The notes below the pieces were generated by a model. That model ran no database searches. It was given only the letters and a program-made list of their open reading frames with translations, and was not told the origin of the DNA. Of a stretch of DNA of 64,000 nucleotides, positions 36,004-44,375 are shown one piece after another (the first letter of the stretch is position 1; each line of letters begins with the position of its first letter). The stretch spans positions 16,752 to 80,751 of the IMG/VR virus record IMGVR_UViG_3300033475_000011; one strand, 5' to 3'. The stretch comes from a virus. Its lineage: Duplodnaviria; Caudoviricetes. Both the position numbers and the translations under genes were made by a program.

Positions 36004-36204
36004 GTGTCCATCCTCGCTCGCCGCACCCCGGACGGGCGTGAGCGCTGGTTCACCCACCCCGCCGTGCTCCGCAAGCTCGACGGAGACTGGAAAGTCGTGC
36101 GTGACCTCACCGAGCAGGAAGAGCGCATCTTTCGACGCTGGGGTGACGGTCTCCCGCCGGAGCCGGAGCTACCGCGACCCAAAGGTCGCCGGACGCACGG
36201 CTAG
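36004..36204 (+). CDS. 66-aa leaderless SOS-box-controlled protein (candidate antirepressor)
   Basis: GTG 6 nt after the -10 element. Confidence 0.65.
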   Translation: MSILARRTPDGRERWFTHPAVLRKLDGDWKVVRDLTEQEERIFRRWGDGLPPEPELPRPKGRRTHG

Positions 36205-36205
36205 C

Positions 36206-36616
36206 TCACATCTTCTTGCCGCACCGGGTGCAGCGCCATTCGCCCTTCACCTCAGAGTAGGTGTGCCCTCCCACACCGGCGGGGCACGAGTCGTCCTCTG
36301 AGACGATCTCGGCGCACACGTCAACAACCTGCTCGCGGGACACCCGGATGCTCGCGTACACGGACGAACCCTTCCGCGCTGTCGACCGGTGCACGTTCGC
36401 CGGGTGGAGCAGTAGTTCGTTCTGCTTCTGTGCCCAGTCGTCTGCTTCTTTGCCGACCTCGAGGAGCTGGGCGCGCATCCAGTCGGCCACCTCATCAGGG
36501 GATTGGAGCACCGCCACGCTGGGCGTCGCCTTCCGCGCTTCCGCCCCTGCCCGCTTCCGGTCCCCATCGCGCACGTCACGTCGCTCTACGTATCCCTGCC
36601 ACATGCGGCACATCAT
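36206..36616 (-). CDS. hypothetical protein with C-terminal Zn ribbon
   Basis: CPAG..H..WRCTRCG; start uncertain. Confidence 0.55.
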   Translation of the reverse strand: MMCRMWQGYVERRDVRDGDRKRAGAEARKATPSVAVLQSPDEVADWMRAQLLEVGKEADDWAQKQNELLLHPANVHRSTARKGSSVYASIRVSREQVVDVCAEIVSEDDSCPAGVGGHTYSEVKGEWRCTRCGKKM

Positions 36617-36678
36617 CCCGTGCCGCGCTGAGGTGGTCAACGCCGCGGTCGACAGATGGGGCGTGTCGGAGGCGGCGG

Positions 36679-36706
36679 TCACAACATAATCTGTATTATG
36701 ATTGTG
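36679..36706. promoter_or_regulatory. dif-like tyrosine-recombinase site overlapping the thg1-xer promoter
   Basis: TCACAACATAA-TCTGTA-TTATGATTGTG (11-6-11 with CATAA/TTATG inner motifs); contains TATGAT -10. Confidence 0.6.
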
Positions 36707-36743
36707 GTTGTAAAACAGAGTTTTGGATCTTGAGGAGATGGCG

Positions 36744-37514
36744 ATGCGTGACGCGCTAGGCGATCGCATGAAGGAGCAATACGAGAACCGCACCAGATAT
36801 CTACTCCCGCGTCGCACCTACTCGGTGATCCGGCTCGACGGTAAGGCGTTCCACACCTACACCCGTGGTCTGCAACGCCCGTACGACCAGCAGCTCATGG
36901 ACGACATGGCCGCTACTGCTCGCTTCCTGTGCGAGACCATCCAGGGCGTCGCGCTGGCGTACACCCAGTCAGACGAGATAAGCATCCTGACCGTCGACTT
37001 CGGCACCCCGAAGACCCAAGCATGGTTTGACGGGAACGTGCAGAAGGTCGTGTCGATATCGGCGTCGATGGCCACCGCGAAGTTCAACGCGCTCCGCCCT
37101 GGCAAGCTGGCGTACTTCGATTCGCGGGTGTTCACCATCCCCGATCCCGTTGAGGTCGTGAACTACCTCATCTGGCGACAGAAGGACGCCACTCGCAACT
37201 CCATCTCTATGGCCGCTCAGTCCCAGTTCTCGGCGAAGCAGCTCCATGGCAAGTCCTCCAGTGAGATGCAGGACATGCTGTGGTCGGAGCACGGGATCAA
37301 CTGGAATGACTACGATCCAAGGTTCAAGCGCGGGACCGTGGTCTATCCAGAGCGGGTGATCGGGTCCGTAGAGTACGTCGACAAGCGAACTGGCGATACG
37401 AGGACTGCCGACAACGTTGAGCGCAGGGTGTGGACCATCGACGCGGCACCTATCTTCACACGCGACGCTGACTTCCTAGCCTCCTACCTACCGCAGGCCA
37501 CGGTGGCGGCGTGA
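36744..37514 (+). CDS. thg1: Thg1-like (tRNA-His guanylyltransferase family) 3'-5' polymerase
   Basis: LGDRMK.YE, IRLDGKAFHTYT, YTQSDEISIL, FDSRVF, YLIWRQKDATRNS. Confidence 0.92.
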   Translation: MRDALGDRMKEQYENRTRYLLPRRTYSVIRLDGKAFHTYTRGLQRPYDQQLMDDMAATARFLCETIQGVALAYTQSDEISILTVDFGTPKTQAWFDGNVQKVVSISASMATAKFNALRPGKLAYFDSRVFTIPDPVEVVNYLIWRQKDATRNSISMAAQSQFSAKQLHGKSSSEMQDMLWSEHGINWNDYDPRFKRGTVVYPERVIGSVEYVDKRTGDTRTADNVERRVWTIDAAPIFTRDADFLASYLPQATVAA

Positions 37515-38590
37515 CCAGCCTCGTCCCCACCTCTCCGGTTCCCGCGCCAGGTGGCGATGAGGACGGCTGGCGCGACACTCTCCAGCTCGTCGGGCAGTGG
37601 CTTGTCGAGTACAGCGGCAACAGCCGCGCCACCTATGCCGACGCCATCGGCTGGCCCTACACCGCCACCGGCAAATGGCGCGGATACGGCGCAGTCCGGC
37701 ACTCCCTAGGCTGGCTGTCCTGGTGCTACACCCACAGTTTGCACGTCTTCGACGCCAAACGCCTACATGTCCTCGCCTGGGTCGATGAACTCAACCATTC
37801 GCGCCACCCTGACACCGGGAAACCGCTTTCGAAGCGGTCCCGCGCACACATGGTCGCGACCGCCTCAAGCTTCTACACGTGGTGCATGCGGGAGGGGCAC
37901 ACCGAAGCCAACCCCGTGTCGCTCGTTGACCGGAAGAAGCAGGGACTACGGACCAGCAAGGACAAGTCCCCCACCCGTTCCCTGTCCCGCCGCGAGGCGC
38001 ACGCGATGATCCGCGCAGCCGACGCCGATCCTGTCGAGGCGGTACGAGCGAGGACCGCGGCACTGATCGCGCTTCTCTTCGAGGTCGGCCCCCGGGTTTC
38101 CGAAGTATGCAATGCCACCCTCGCTGACATGTACGTGCAAGACGGCCACCGCGTCCTACACGTCGAACTGAAGGGGAAGAAAGACCACGAGTATGCACTA
38201 CCGGATCCGGTGTGCCGACGTATCGACGCGTACCTAGCATCGCGCCGCGACATGGACTTGCTGCCCGCGCGACGTGGCCAGGTCAACCACGCGACCTCGC
38301 CACTCTTCGCCACCGCGACAGGGAACCCGATCAGCCGGACCGAGGTGTGGACACTGATCAACCGTATTGCGAAGCTAGCCGGCATCGACCAGCCGGAGAC
38401 CGTCCACCCGCACGTTGGCCGCCACACCTACATCACCGAAGCGCGCCGTCAGGGACGACAAACCGCTGACATTCAAGCTTCGGTCGGGCACGAGTTCGCT
38501 TCCACCACGGATCGGTATGGGCTGCACATCATCAATCTGGAGAAGAGCCCGGCCTACGGTGTCGCTGCCGCGTTCGAGGAGGACGAATAG
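37511..38590 (+). CDS. XerC/D-like tyrosine recombinase (no arm-binding domain)
   Basis: GPRVSE (R), LKGK (K), HPHVGRH (H-x-x-R), VGHE, TDRYG (Y). Confidence 0.9.
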   Translation: MTSLVPTSPVPAPGGDEDGWRDTLQLVGQWLVEYSGNSRATYADAIGWPYTATGKWRGYGAVRHSLGWLSWCYTHSLHVFDAKRLHVLAWVDELNHSRHPDTGKPLSKRSRAHMVATASSFYTWCMREGHTEANPVSLVDRKKQGLRTSKDKSPTRSLSRREAHAMIRAADADPVEAVRARTAALIALLFEVGPRVSEVCNATLADMYVQDGHRVLHVELKGKKDHEYALPDPVCRRIDAYLASRRDMDLLPARRGQVNHATSPLFATATGNPISRTEVWTLINRIAKLAGIDQPETVHPHVGRHTYITEARRQGRQTADIQASVGHEFASTTDRYGLHIINLEKSPAYGVAAAFEEDE

Positions 38591-38611
38591 CGCAGGCAGG
38601 GCGGAGGGCGT

Positions 38612-38719
38612 CTACTCCCCTTCGGAGTCGGCGTGGTCCTGGTCGATCGGATCGGGCTCGAACACCTCGCCAGTCTCGAGGTCCCAGATGTCGCCGTTGC
38701 TGGACTCGAAGAAGCTCAC
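38612..38719 (-). CDS. 35-aa acidic mini-protein
   Basis: GTGA-coupled; MSFFESSNGDIWDLETGEVFE. Confidence 0.5.
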   Translation of the reverse strand: MSFFESSNGDIWDLETGEVFEPDPIDQDHADSEGE

Positions 38720-38937
38720 GGCTCCAACTCCCGAGTCGTGGCCTTCTCAACATCGGCCGCATACGTGACGAGCTCAGAAGCCAGATCGGTCAACAGGAAC
38801 CCCAACGTTCGCAGTTCGTCTGCGGGTAGGTGGCCGTGTTCTGCCTGGTAGTCCAGCATCCGCTGCGCCGCACCACCCATGCCCTTGTTGACCTTCGACA
38901 GCATGTAGAGGAGCCGGTACTCCTCGGAGAGGCTCAC
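38716..38937 (-). CDS. hypothetical helical protein
   Basis: GTG 38937 coupled to the upstream stop. Confidence 0.55.
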   Translation of the reverse strand: MSLSEEYRLLYMLSKVNKGMGGAAQRMLDYQAEHGHLPADELRTLGFLLTDLASELVTYAADVEKATTRELEP

Positions 38938-39140
38938 CGGGTGCGCCGGAACGGGATACAGGTCGGGCAGTCGACCAGGCCGCGGATCGCGATGTGGTCG
39001 CGGGTGTCGTCCGCGGTGCATCCACATGATGTGGACAAGATCGTGAAATCGGGGGATGTGGACAGCCACACCACGTGGTGTCGTACCCCCGCGACCGCGG
39101 CGAAGCAGTCCACGGCGCGGCTTTTCACAGCTATCGACAT
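38934..39140 (-). CDS. hypothetical Zn-finger protein
   Basis: H..SCGC..DCPTC. Confidence 0.5.
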   Translation of the reverse strand: MSIAVKSRAVDCFAAVAGVRHHVVWLSTSPDFTILSTSCGCTADDTRDHIAIRGLVDCPTCIPFRRTR

Positions 39141-39487
39141 GGTGTCTCCTGTGGCAGGCCGGTGGGTGCGGGGTAGTCGGGGTCACCCGCACCCACCGGT
39201 GTCGAGGCCCGGCCGTCCCGCCCTGGGGCCACCTGGGGGCGTGGCTGCGGGACGACCGGGGGTAGAGACCATGCGTGTGCCGCCCACTCCTCGGCACACA
39301 CATGGCAGTCATAGACGGCGGGGGTGGGTCGCCTCGAACCAACGGTGAACGTGTCGCCGTCGATGAGTGCGACCGCTTCCCCCGCCGTGGGCTCGGACGG
39401 CACGCGCGTCAAGTGCCGGAGCCCATCAATCACTGGCTTGTAGCAGTCAGGCCATTGGCTGTCGTCGAAGTTCAGGGGGCCGCTCAC
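39131..39487 (-). CDS. hypothetical Zn-finger protein
   Basis: RH..DCHVC; coupled. Confidence 0.5.
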   Translation of the reverse strand: MSGPLNFDDSQWPDCYKPVIDGLRHLTRVPSEPTAGEAVALIDGDTFTVGSRRPTPAVYDCHVCAEEWAAHAWSLPPVVPQPRPQVAPGRDGRASTPVGAGDPDYPAPTGLPQETPCR

Positions 39488-39744
39488 ATCTGCCCCCGAT
39501 CGCGCCGGCCGCGTTCGATCGCGGCGTTCCGCAGATGGGTGATCAGTTGGACGACGCCGCGATCATCAAGCCGGGTCGGGTCGACTTGATCCCCAACCAG
39601 TAGCCCAAGCTCGACGTGACCGTTTTCCCGGAGGAGCACGAGTCTGATCGGGACGAGGCGTCCGTCCGCGTCGTAGCCGTAGGCGATCCACACCGGGGTA
39701 TGGCGGGGCTTCGGAGACACGAGAACGCTCCTCCCAGGAGTCAC
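39484..39744 (-). CDS. hypothetical protein
   Basis: GTGA coupling. Confidence 0.55.
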   Translation of the reverse strand: MTPGRSVLVSPKPRHTPVWIAYGYDADGRLVPIRLVLLRENGHVELGLLVGDQVDPTRLDDRGVVQLITHLRNAAIERGRRDRGQM

Positions 39745-39962
39745 TGTTGGCCGCCCTCCTCGCGTGCTTCGACGAAGGTGTGGGCGTGGGTGACGAGTTC
39801 CCGGTCCACGCCGGGCACAAAAATCGCTAGGTGTCGGCCGTCGACGAGGAGGGCGAAACGGACTCCGTGGTCGGTGCGCAGGCGGCCTGCGACGATCGGG
39901 ACGGGGTTCCAGGCGAGGTCATAGGCGGTGGCGGACCATGTTTCGATCCAGTCCGGATTCAC
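39741..39962 (-). CDS. hypothetical protein, first gene of the operon divergent from the WhiJ-like regulator
   Basis: GGAGGAGG SD. Confidence 0.6.
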   Translation of the reverse strand: MNPDWIETWSATAYDLAWNPVPIVAGRLRTDHGVRFALLVDGRHLAIFVPGVDRELVTHAHTFVEAREEGGQQ

Positions 39963-40009
39963 AGCTTGACCTCCTCCCCAAGGGGGCTAGAGTGGCCACA
40001 ACGCCAACA

Positions 40010-40112
40010 CTGGTGGTTCATGAACCAGTGTGTGGTTCATGAACCACCAGCGCAATGCTCCATTCGAGTGACACGCGAAGATGTGTCATGAACCGCTAAG
40101 CTGTGGTTCATG
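40010..40112. promoter_or_regulatory. Nested palindromic operators and leaderless promoter
   Basis: TGGTTCATGAACCA at 40014-40027 and 40033-40046; half-sites at 40086-40094 and 40104-40112; -10 TAAGCT at 40097-40102. Confidence 0.75.
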
Positions 40113-40955
40113 GCCGGAACCATCAGCGACACCCCAAGGTCGCGACTCCTCGGAGCTGAGCTGCGCAGACAGCGCATAGATCGCTTCAAGGGGTCCCTGC
40201 GAGCCTTCGCTGACGAGATCGGCTACAACCACTCCCTGCTCTCCAAGTGGGAACGCGGGGAAGTCCTCCCCAGCCTCGAACAGGTCGCCAACATCATCGG
40301 CAAGCTCGGGATTGTCGGGGAGGAACGCGACTACATCCTTGAGATGGCGCGCGCCGCCCGGAACCCCGACTGGCTCACCCCCGGGGTCGACCGGCAAGTC
40401 TCAGCTCTCATCGAGTTCGACCGCATCGCAACCCGCATGGTCTCGGTAGCGCCCCTATTCACTCCGGGGATACTGCACACCGAGGAAGTCGCCCGAGTCG
40501 TGCTCGCCAACTCAGGGTTCGACGACGAACAGAACGATCGGATCGTCACCACCAGGATGGGCCGCAAGGAAGCCCTCCTCCGAGAGGATCCACTGCGCTA
40601 CGAGGCCTACCTGGGAATGCGCGCTATCACCAGACCACTCGGTGGCCAAACCGTGCATCTGAACCAGCTGCGCTACATCGAGAAAATGTCCGCGCTGGAC
40701 AATGTCACAGTCCGAGCGATCAACGAGACAGATGACTTCACGCCAGCTGACATGGGCGCATTTGTGCTCTACGAACTCCCGGCGGGCGACCCGATTGTGT
40801 ACTTCGAACACCACCGGTCCTCGATGTTCGCCCCCAAGAAGGACTTGCCCGCCATGGTGCAGGCTGTGGAGCGAGTCGAGGAGGTTGCGATGAGCCCCGA
40901 CGCCACTTCGAGGCTCATCGCGGATGTCATCAGAGAGATGGAGACGACACAATGA
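40110..40955 (+). CDS. WhiJ-like XRE regulator (HTH plus DUF5753)
   Basis: LGAELRRQR..LSKWERG HTH; PGILHTEEVAR..R..RKEAL..EQL..VTVR..FVLY..VYFEH. Confidence 0.88.
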   Translation: MAGTISDTPRSRLLGAELRRQRIDRFKGSLRAFADEIGYNHSLLSKWERGEVLPSLEQVANIIGKLGIVGEERDYILEMARAARNPDWLTPGVDRQVSALIEFDRIATRMVSVAPLFTPGILHTEEVARVVLANSGFDDEQNDRIVTTRMGRKEALLREDPLRYEAYLGMRAITRPLGGQTVHLNQLRYIEKMSALDNVTVRAINETDDFTPADMGAFVLYELPAGDPIVYFEHHRSSMFAPKKDLPAMVQAVERVEEVAMSPDATSRLIADVIREMETTQ

Positions 40956-41164
40956 CGACAGTACCTCCCCCGGGGAAAGATGCGCGGGGATGGCGGAAAT
41001 CGAGCTTCAGCGGCGAACAGGGCGACTGCGTAGAGGTGCTTGACCTGCCCGATGGCGGGTTCATGGTGCGAGACAGTAAGGACCTGAACGGGCCGGTTCT
41101 GCGATTCACCGCTGGCGAGCGGGCTGCGTTCATCACTGGAGTGAAGGCCGGCGAGTTCGACTGA
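40952..41164 (+). CDS. DUF397 (BldB-family) protein
   Basis: WRKSSFSG.QGDCVEV..VRDSKD.NGPVL.FT..E..AFI.GVKAGEFD. Confidence 0.92.
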   Translation: MTTVPPPGKDARGWRKSSFSGEQGDCVEVLDLPDGGFMVRDSKDLNGPVLRFTAGERAAFITGVKAGEFD

Positions 41165-41181
41165 GACCTGGCGACAGGATG

Positions 41182-41213
41182 CACCCCCGGGGCTGATGCT
41201 CCGGGGGTGTTTC
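41182..41213. terminator. Bidirectional hairpin terminator
   Basis: CACCCCCGG/CCGGGGGTG between convergent genes. Confidence 0.7.
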
Positions 41214-41664
41214 AGTTCAGGGCTGCTCCTTGGTTGACCCGCTCGATGAACGCGGATGCCTGTTGGAAAAGGTGCCCGGAGACGGTTTTCTGCAGCACGA
41301 TCCCGGCCGGTCCGGTGATGGTCATGTAGCCGACCCGGTCGTCCAACACCTTGTTGCGGCCTTTCTTTGCCCCGAATGCCAGCGGCCCGAGGAGCGCAAA
41401 CCGGGTGATGGTGTAGCGGCCTGGGTCGCGGTTGATGCTGCCGGTCATCTGGAAGTCGCCGTGCAGGTAGCCGAGAGGGTAGCCGCGGCGTTGTTGTTTC
41501 CCGACGAGGAGTTGGTTTCGGGTGAGTGCCCAGTCGTCGAACCGGTACATCACGCCCTGCGCTCGGTCCAGCTTCGCTTGGGTGTTCTGGTTGGTGAGGG
41601 AGGCGATGAAGATGGCCACGATGACCACAGCGCCGAGGATGAGGAGGACGGCGGTGGGCGACAT
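41212..41664 (-). CDS. Membrane-anchored protein (candidate superinfection exclusion)
   Basis: N-terminal TM helix; TITRFALLGPLAFGAKK motif; adjacent to attP. Confidence 0.65.
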   Translation of the reverse strand: MSPTAVLLILGAVVIVAIFIASLTNQNTQAKLDRAQGVMYRFDDWALTRNQLLVGKQQRRGYPLGYLHGDFQMTGSINRDPGRYTITRFALLGPLAFGAKKGRNKVLDDRVGYMTITGPAGIVLQKTVSGHLFQQASAFIERVNQGAALN

Positions 41665-41788
41665 GGCGGTCTCCTTGTTGTTGGCTTCGCCGGTTCGTCG
41701 CCGAGGAGGGTGAGGGTGTTACGAACGGGGCTGCCAGTTCTCCCATTAACGTCCCACTTTGGGGCCATATTGGGACCGATCTACACCC

Positions 41789-41830
41789 ACGTAGACCTAA
41801 GTTGCATTCGTGAACCCCAACGTAGACCTA
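41789..41830. repeat. Direct repeat, probable arm-type or accessory site of attP
   Basis: ACGTAGACCTA at 41789-41799 and 41820-41830. Confidence 0.5.
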
Positions 41831-41862
41831 CGTGCGCCAACGATTCTTTTCACTAGTGGATG

Positions 41863-41900
41863 AACCGAAGGGTTGTTGGTTCGAGTCCAACCGGGGGAGC
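41863..41900 (+). other. attP core = 3' half of a tRNA, probably tRNA-Asn
   Basis: AACCGAAGGGTT-GTTGG-TTCGAGT-CCAAC-CGGGGGA-GC: T-arm, acceptor strand complementary to TCCCC.., discriminator G; no 5' half present. Confidence 0.8.
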
Positions 41901-41902
41901 AA

Positions 41903-41931
41903 AACCCCAGGTCAGAGACCTGGGGTTCTTT
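41903..41931 (+). terminator. Terminator following the tRNA 3' half
   Basis: AACCCCAGGTC/GACCTGGGGTT followed by CTTT. Confidence 0.8.
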
Positions 41932-41967
41932 CATGTCTCGAACGCGACACACCGGTTCTCCCACAAA

Positions 41968-43209
41968 CTACCCACCTTCAGCAGCCCCGGACTCCCCCAC
42001 CATGCCCTCCAACGCGGACGCCGCCACGTCGTTCGCCGCGAACTTCTTCCTGTAGTGACGCTCCACCACCGCCACCGTGTTGCCCAACTGGTCGGCGATC
42101 ATGGTGGTCGGCAACCCGGCCTCCTTCAACACGTCGGTCACCGTCTTGCGCCACACGTGTGACGTGATGCCCGGGTAGCCGATCTCCACGAACGCCTCCT
42201 GCAACCGGTTGATCACAGTCGACGGATCCAGCCACCGGCCCTTGTTTGACGGGAAGATCGCCCCACCCCCCGATGCCAGCTTCAGGCGCTGCCACGTCGG
42301 AACAGACCACTCCGGCACCCGCAGATCCAGTTCGGGCTCGCCACTCTTCCGGAGCGGTTCCCGCACGATCCCCTCACCGGTGACCCGAACCAGGTGGTAG
42401 CGGACCAGCACCCGCCGGTTCACGGGATCGATGTCGTCGCCGTCGAGGGCGAGGAGTTCCCCGATGCGCACACCGGTGGAGAGGGCACAGTCATGCACGT
42501 CCGGGAGTTTCTTCCACACCCTGGCGCGGCCCCCGAGACTGCGTCCGCGCTTGTCGTACTGTTTGCGCTCGGCCAGGGCGATGAGCTTGGCCTTCACGTC
42601 GGCACGCTCGGTCGCGGTGAGTGCCCGCACCTCCTTCTTCTCCCCCGCAACGAGCCGGCCGACCGACTTCACCGGGTTGATCCGCATCGCCTGGTTACGG
42701 ATCGCATAAGCGCAGATACCGGACAGCACGGCCCGAACCGAGTGGGCTGAGGAGTAGCTGCGTTCATCCCGCGCGCGCTGGATTAGCCTGTCGAAGCTGC
42801 TGGGCATGTGTTCGGCCTCGCGGGCCAGGAGTTCCCCGATGGCGGGTTTGACCCAGTTCCGCACATAGCCCCCGTACATGCGGACGCTACTTTTGGCCAT
42901 GCCGCCCTGGTTGGCGACACGGGTAACCTCAGCAAGCCACAGGTCCGCGATCGTGGACATCCGGGTGTCGCCGTTGATTGCCCCGGAGGTAGCTTCGTTC
43001 GCGAGGATCGTCATGCGATTCTTCAGCGCGTTGACGGCTTTGGTTTTGGTGGGGCCGGTGCGGCGAACCTCTTTGCGGCTGCCGTCGGCGATCCGCATGT
43101 AGGCGCGGGCCTCCCAGCGGGTGTAGGTGGTGCCGTCCCGTTTGTGTCGGGTTTCGGAGCGGGTGGTGATCTCCCCGTAGCTTCCGATCGGGGTTGGTGG
43201 CCTCGCCAT
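41968..43209 (-). CDS. int: Tyrosine integrase with N-terminal arm-binding domain
   Basis: MARPPTPIGSYG..WEARAY; GVRIGE, SHVWRK, LGN, ERHY; adjacent to attP. Confidence 0.92.
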   Translation of the reverse strand: MARPPTPIGSYGEITTRSETRHKRDGTTYTRWEARAYMRIADGSRKEVRRTGPTKTKAVNALKNRMTILANEATSGAINGDTRMSTIADLWLAEVTRVANQGGMAKSSVRMYGGYVRNWVKPAIGELLAREAEHMPSSFDRLIQRARDERSYSSAHSVRAVLSGICAYAIRNQAMRINPVKSVGRLVAGEKKEVRALTATERADVKAKLIALAERKQYDKRGRSLGGRARVWKKLPDVHDCALSTGVRIGELLALDGDDIDPVNRRVLVRYHLVRVTGEGIVREPLRKSGEPELDLRVPEWSVPTWQRLKLASGGGAIFPSNKGRWLDPSTVINRLQEAFVEIGYPGITSHVWRKTVTDVLKEAGLPTTMIADQLGNTVAVVERHYRKKFAANDVAASALEGMVGESGAAEGG

Positions 43210-43598
43210 CAGTCGACAGCCTGCGGCCAGCGGCGCTTCTGTCCCGGTTCGACTACATCCATGAAGGTCGCGAGGCCGTAGCGTTCCAGAGTTTTGATCA
43301 TATCGTCTCGTATCTCATCGGAGTGCTTCTCCAGGGCTCGTTCGATGCGTCTGGAGGTGCGCCTGTGGCTGCCGCGGACGAAGCGGCACACGACGAGTGC
43401 GGCCAGGAGGATGACCGCGGACACCCACACAATGATCATGAGGGCGAGCGTGAAGTTTGAGGCGAGGGGGCGCCAGTCGTTGACCGCCGTGAGCCAGGTG
43501 ACGAGCCCGGAGAGCAGGGATACGACTGCGGCGAGGACGAACATCTCTCCAGCAAGACGGTCAGTGAAGGTTGTGTGACGGTGGGTCGTCTTGGACAC
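43209..43598 (-). CDS. Two-TM membrane protein
   Basis: Two hydrophobic helices; coupled to int. Confidence 0.65.
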   Translation of the reverse strand: MSKTTHRHTTFTDRLAGEMFVLAAVVSLLSGLVTWLTAVNDWRPLASNFTLALMIIVWVSAVILLAALVVCRFVRGSHRRTSRRIERALEKHSDEIRDDMIKTLERYGLATFMDVVEPGQKRRWPQAVD

Positions 43599-43758
43599 CG
43601 GTTTACCCTCCGAAATGGGCGTGTGATGTGTGTCTTACCCGTTTAGGTTCCCCCCGACTCGCCAGTTTGTTACTACTAGTGACGTTTCGTTCGCCCGTCT
43701 GCCGTAGTCGAAATTTCAAGTTGGTCACATCGCGTCATGTTTCGGAGGCTCGCGAGTC

Positions 43759-44199
43759 CTAGCTCGTTTGGCCATGCTTGCGCTGGTTCTCCTCCATTTT
43801 GACCCGCTCAACACCGTTCACCCACGCCGCGACATGATCCATCGACCCGGTTACCGCATGAATCAGGTCAGCTACCCACAGCATTTCCTCGCGGGTCATG
43901 GCCGCGATGTCTTCACGAGTGACAGGCGTTTTCGTCGCTATCCGTAACCGGGATTCGGGCTTCTTCTCGGGCATCCTCCCCGCGCGGAAGAGGTGATCTG
44001 CCGTCCCGGGCTGCCACTTCAGGCCGTCGTCGAGGGCCGCTTTCGTGCCCGCCCGAATCTGGGTTCGGGTTGCCTTCTCAATGGCCTGCACGGAGTCGAG
44101 GGTGATCCCGGCCAGTCTTGCTAGCTCCCTCTGGGAGATGCGGAGCTGGCCGCGGCGGGCGATGACGGCGTCCGCTAGTGCCTGTGCGTGAGGGGGCAT
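43759..44199 (-). CDS. Immunity repressor (XRE HTH, no S24 peptidase domain)
   Basis: ARRGQLRISQRELARLAGITLDSVQAIEK..ALDDGLKWQPG; divergent from a Cro-like gene. Confidence 0.8.
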   Translation of the reverse strand: MPPHAQALADAVIARRGQLRISQRELARLAGITLDSVQAIEKATRTQIRAGTKAALDDGLKWQPGTADHLFRAGRMPEKKPESRLRIATKTPVTREDIAAMTREEMLWVADLIHAVTGSMDHVAAWVNGVERVKMEENQRKHGQTS

Positions 44200-44252
44200 G
44201 CGGGCATGATGGCAGTTTGCTGCTTTCACCGACAGTGAATGACCTGATACGT

Positions 44253-44368
44253 ACTGGTTAAACCAGTCTTTGGTAGTGATCAGGCAGCTGCTTTCTGTCC
44301 TTGATGACCTGGTTTCTCGACCCCGTTGACCGTTTAGGCTTGAAACCATGTCAAACCAGGTCTATGGT
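44253..44368. promoter_or_regulatory. Immunity operators and early rightward promoter
   Basis: ACTGGTTAAACCAGT at 44253-44267; GACCTGGTTT/AAACCAGGTC at 44306-44315/44353-44362; TTGAAA-N17-TATGGT at 44340-44368. Confidence 0.7.
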
Positions 44369-44375
44369 GACCGGT

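Noticed and set aside
40010-40050. Protelomerase (hairpin telomere) target
   Set aside because: No TelN-like protein, and matching half-sites over the adjacent promoter favour operators
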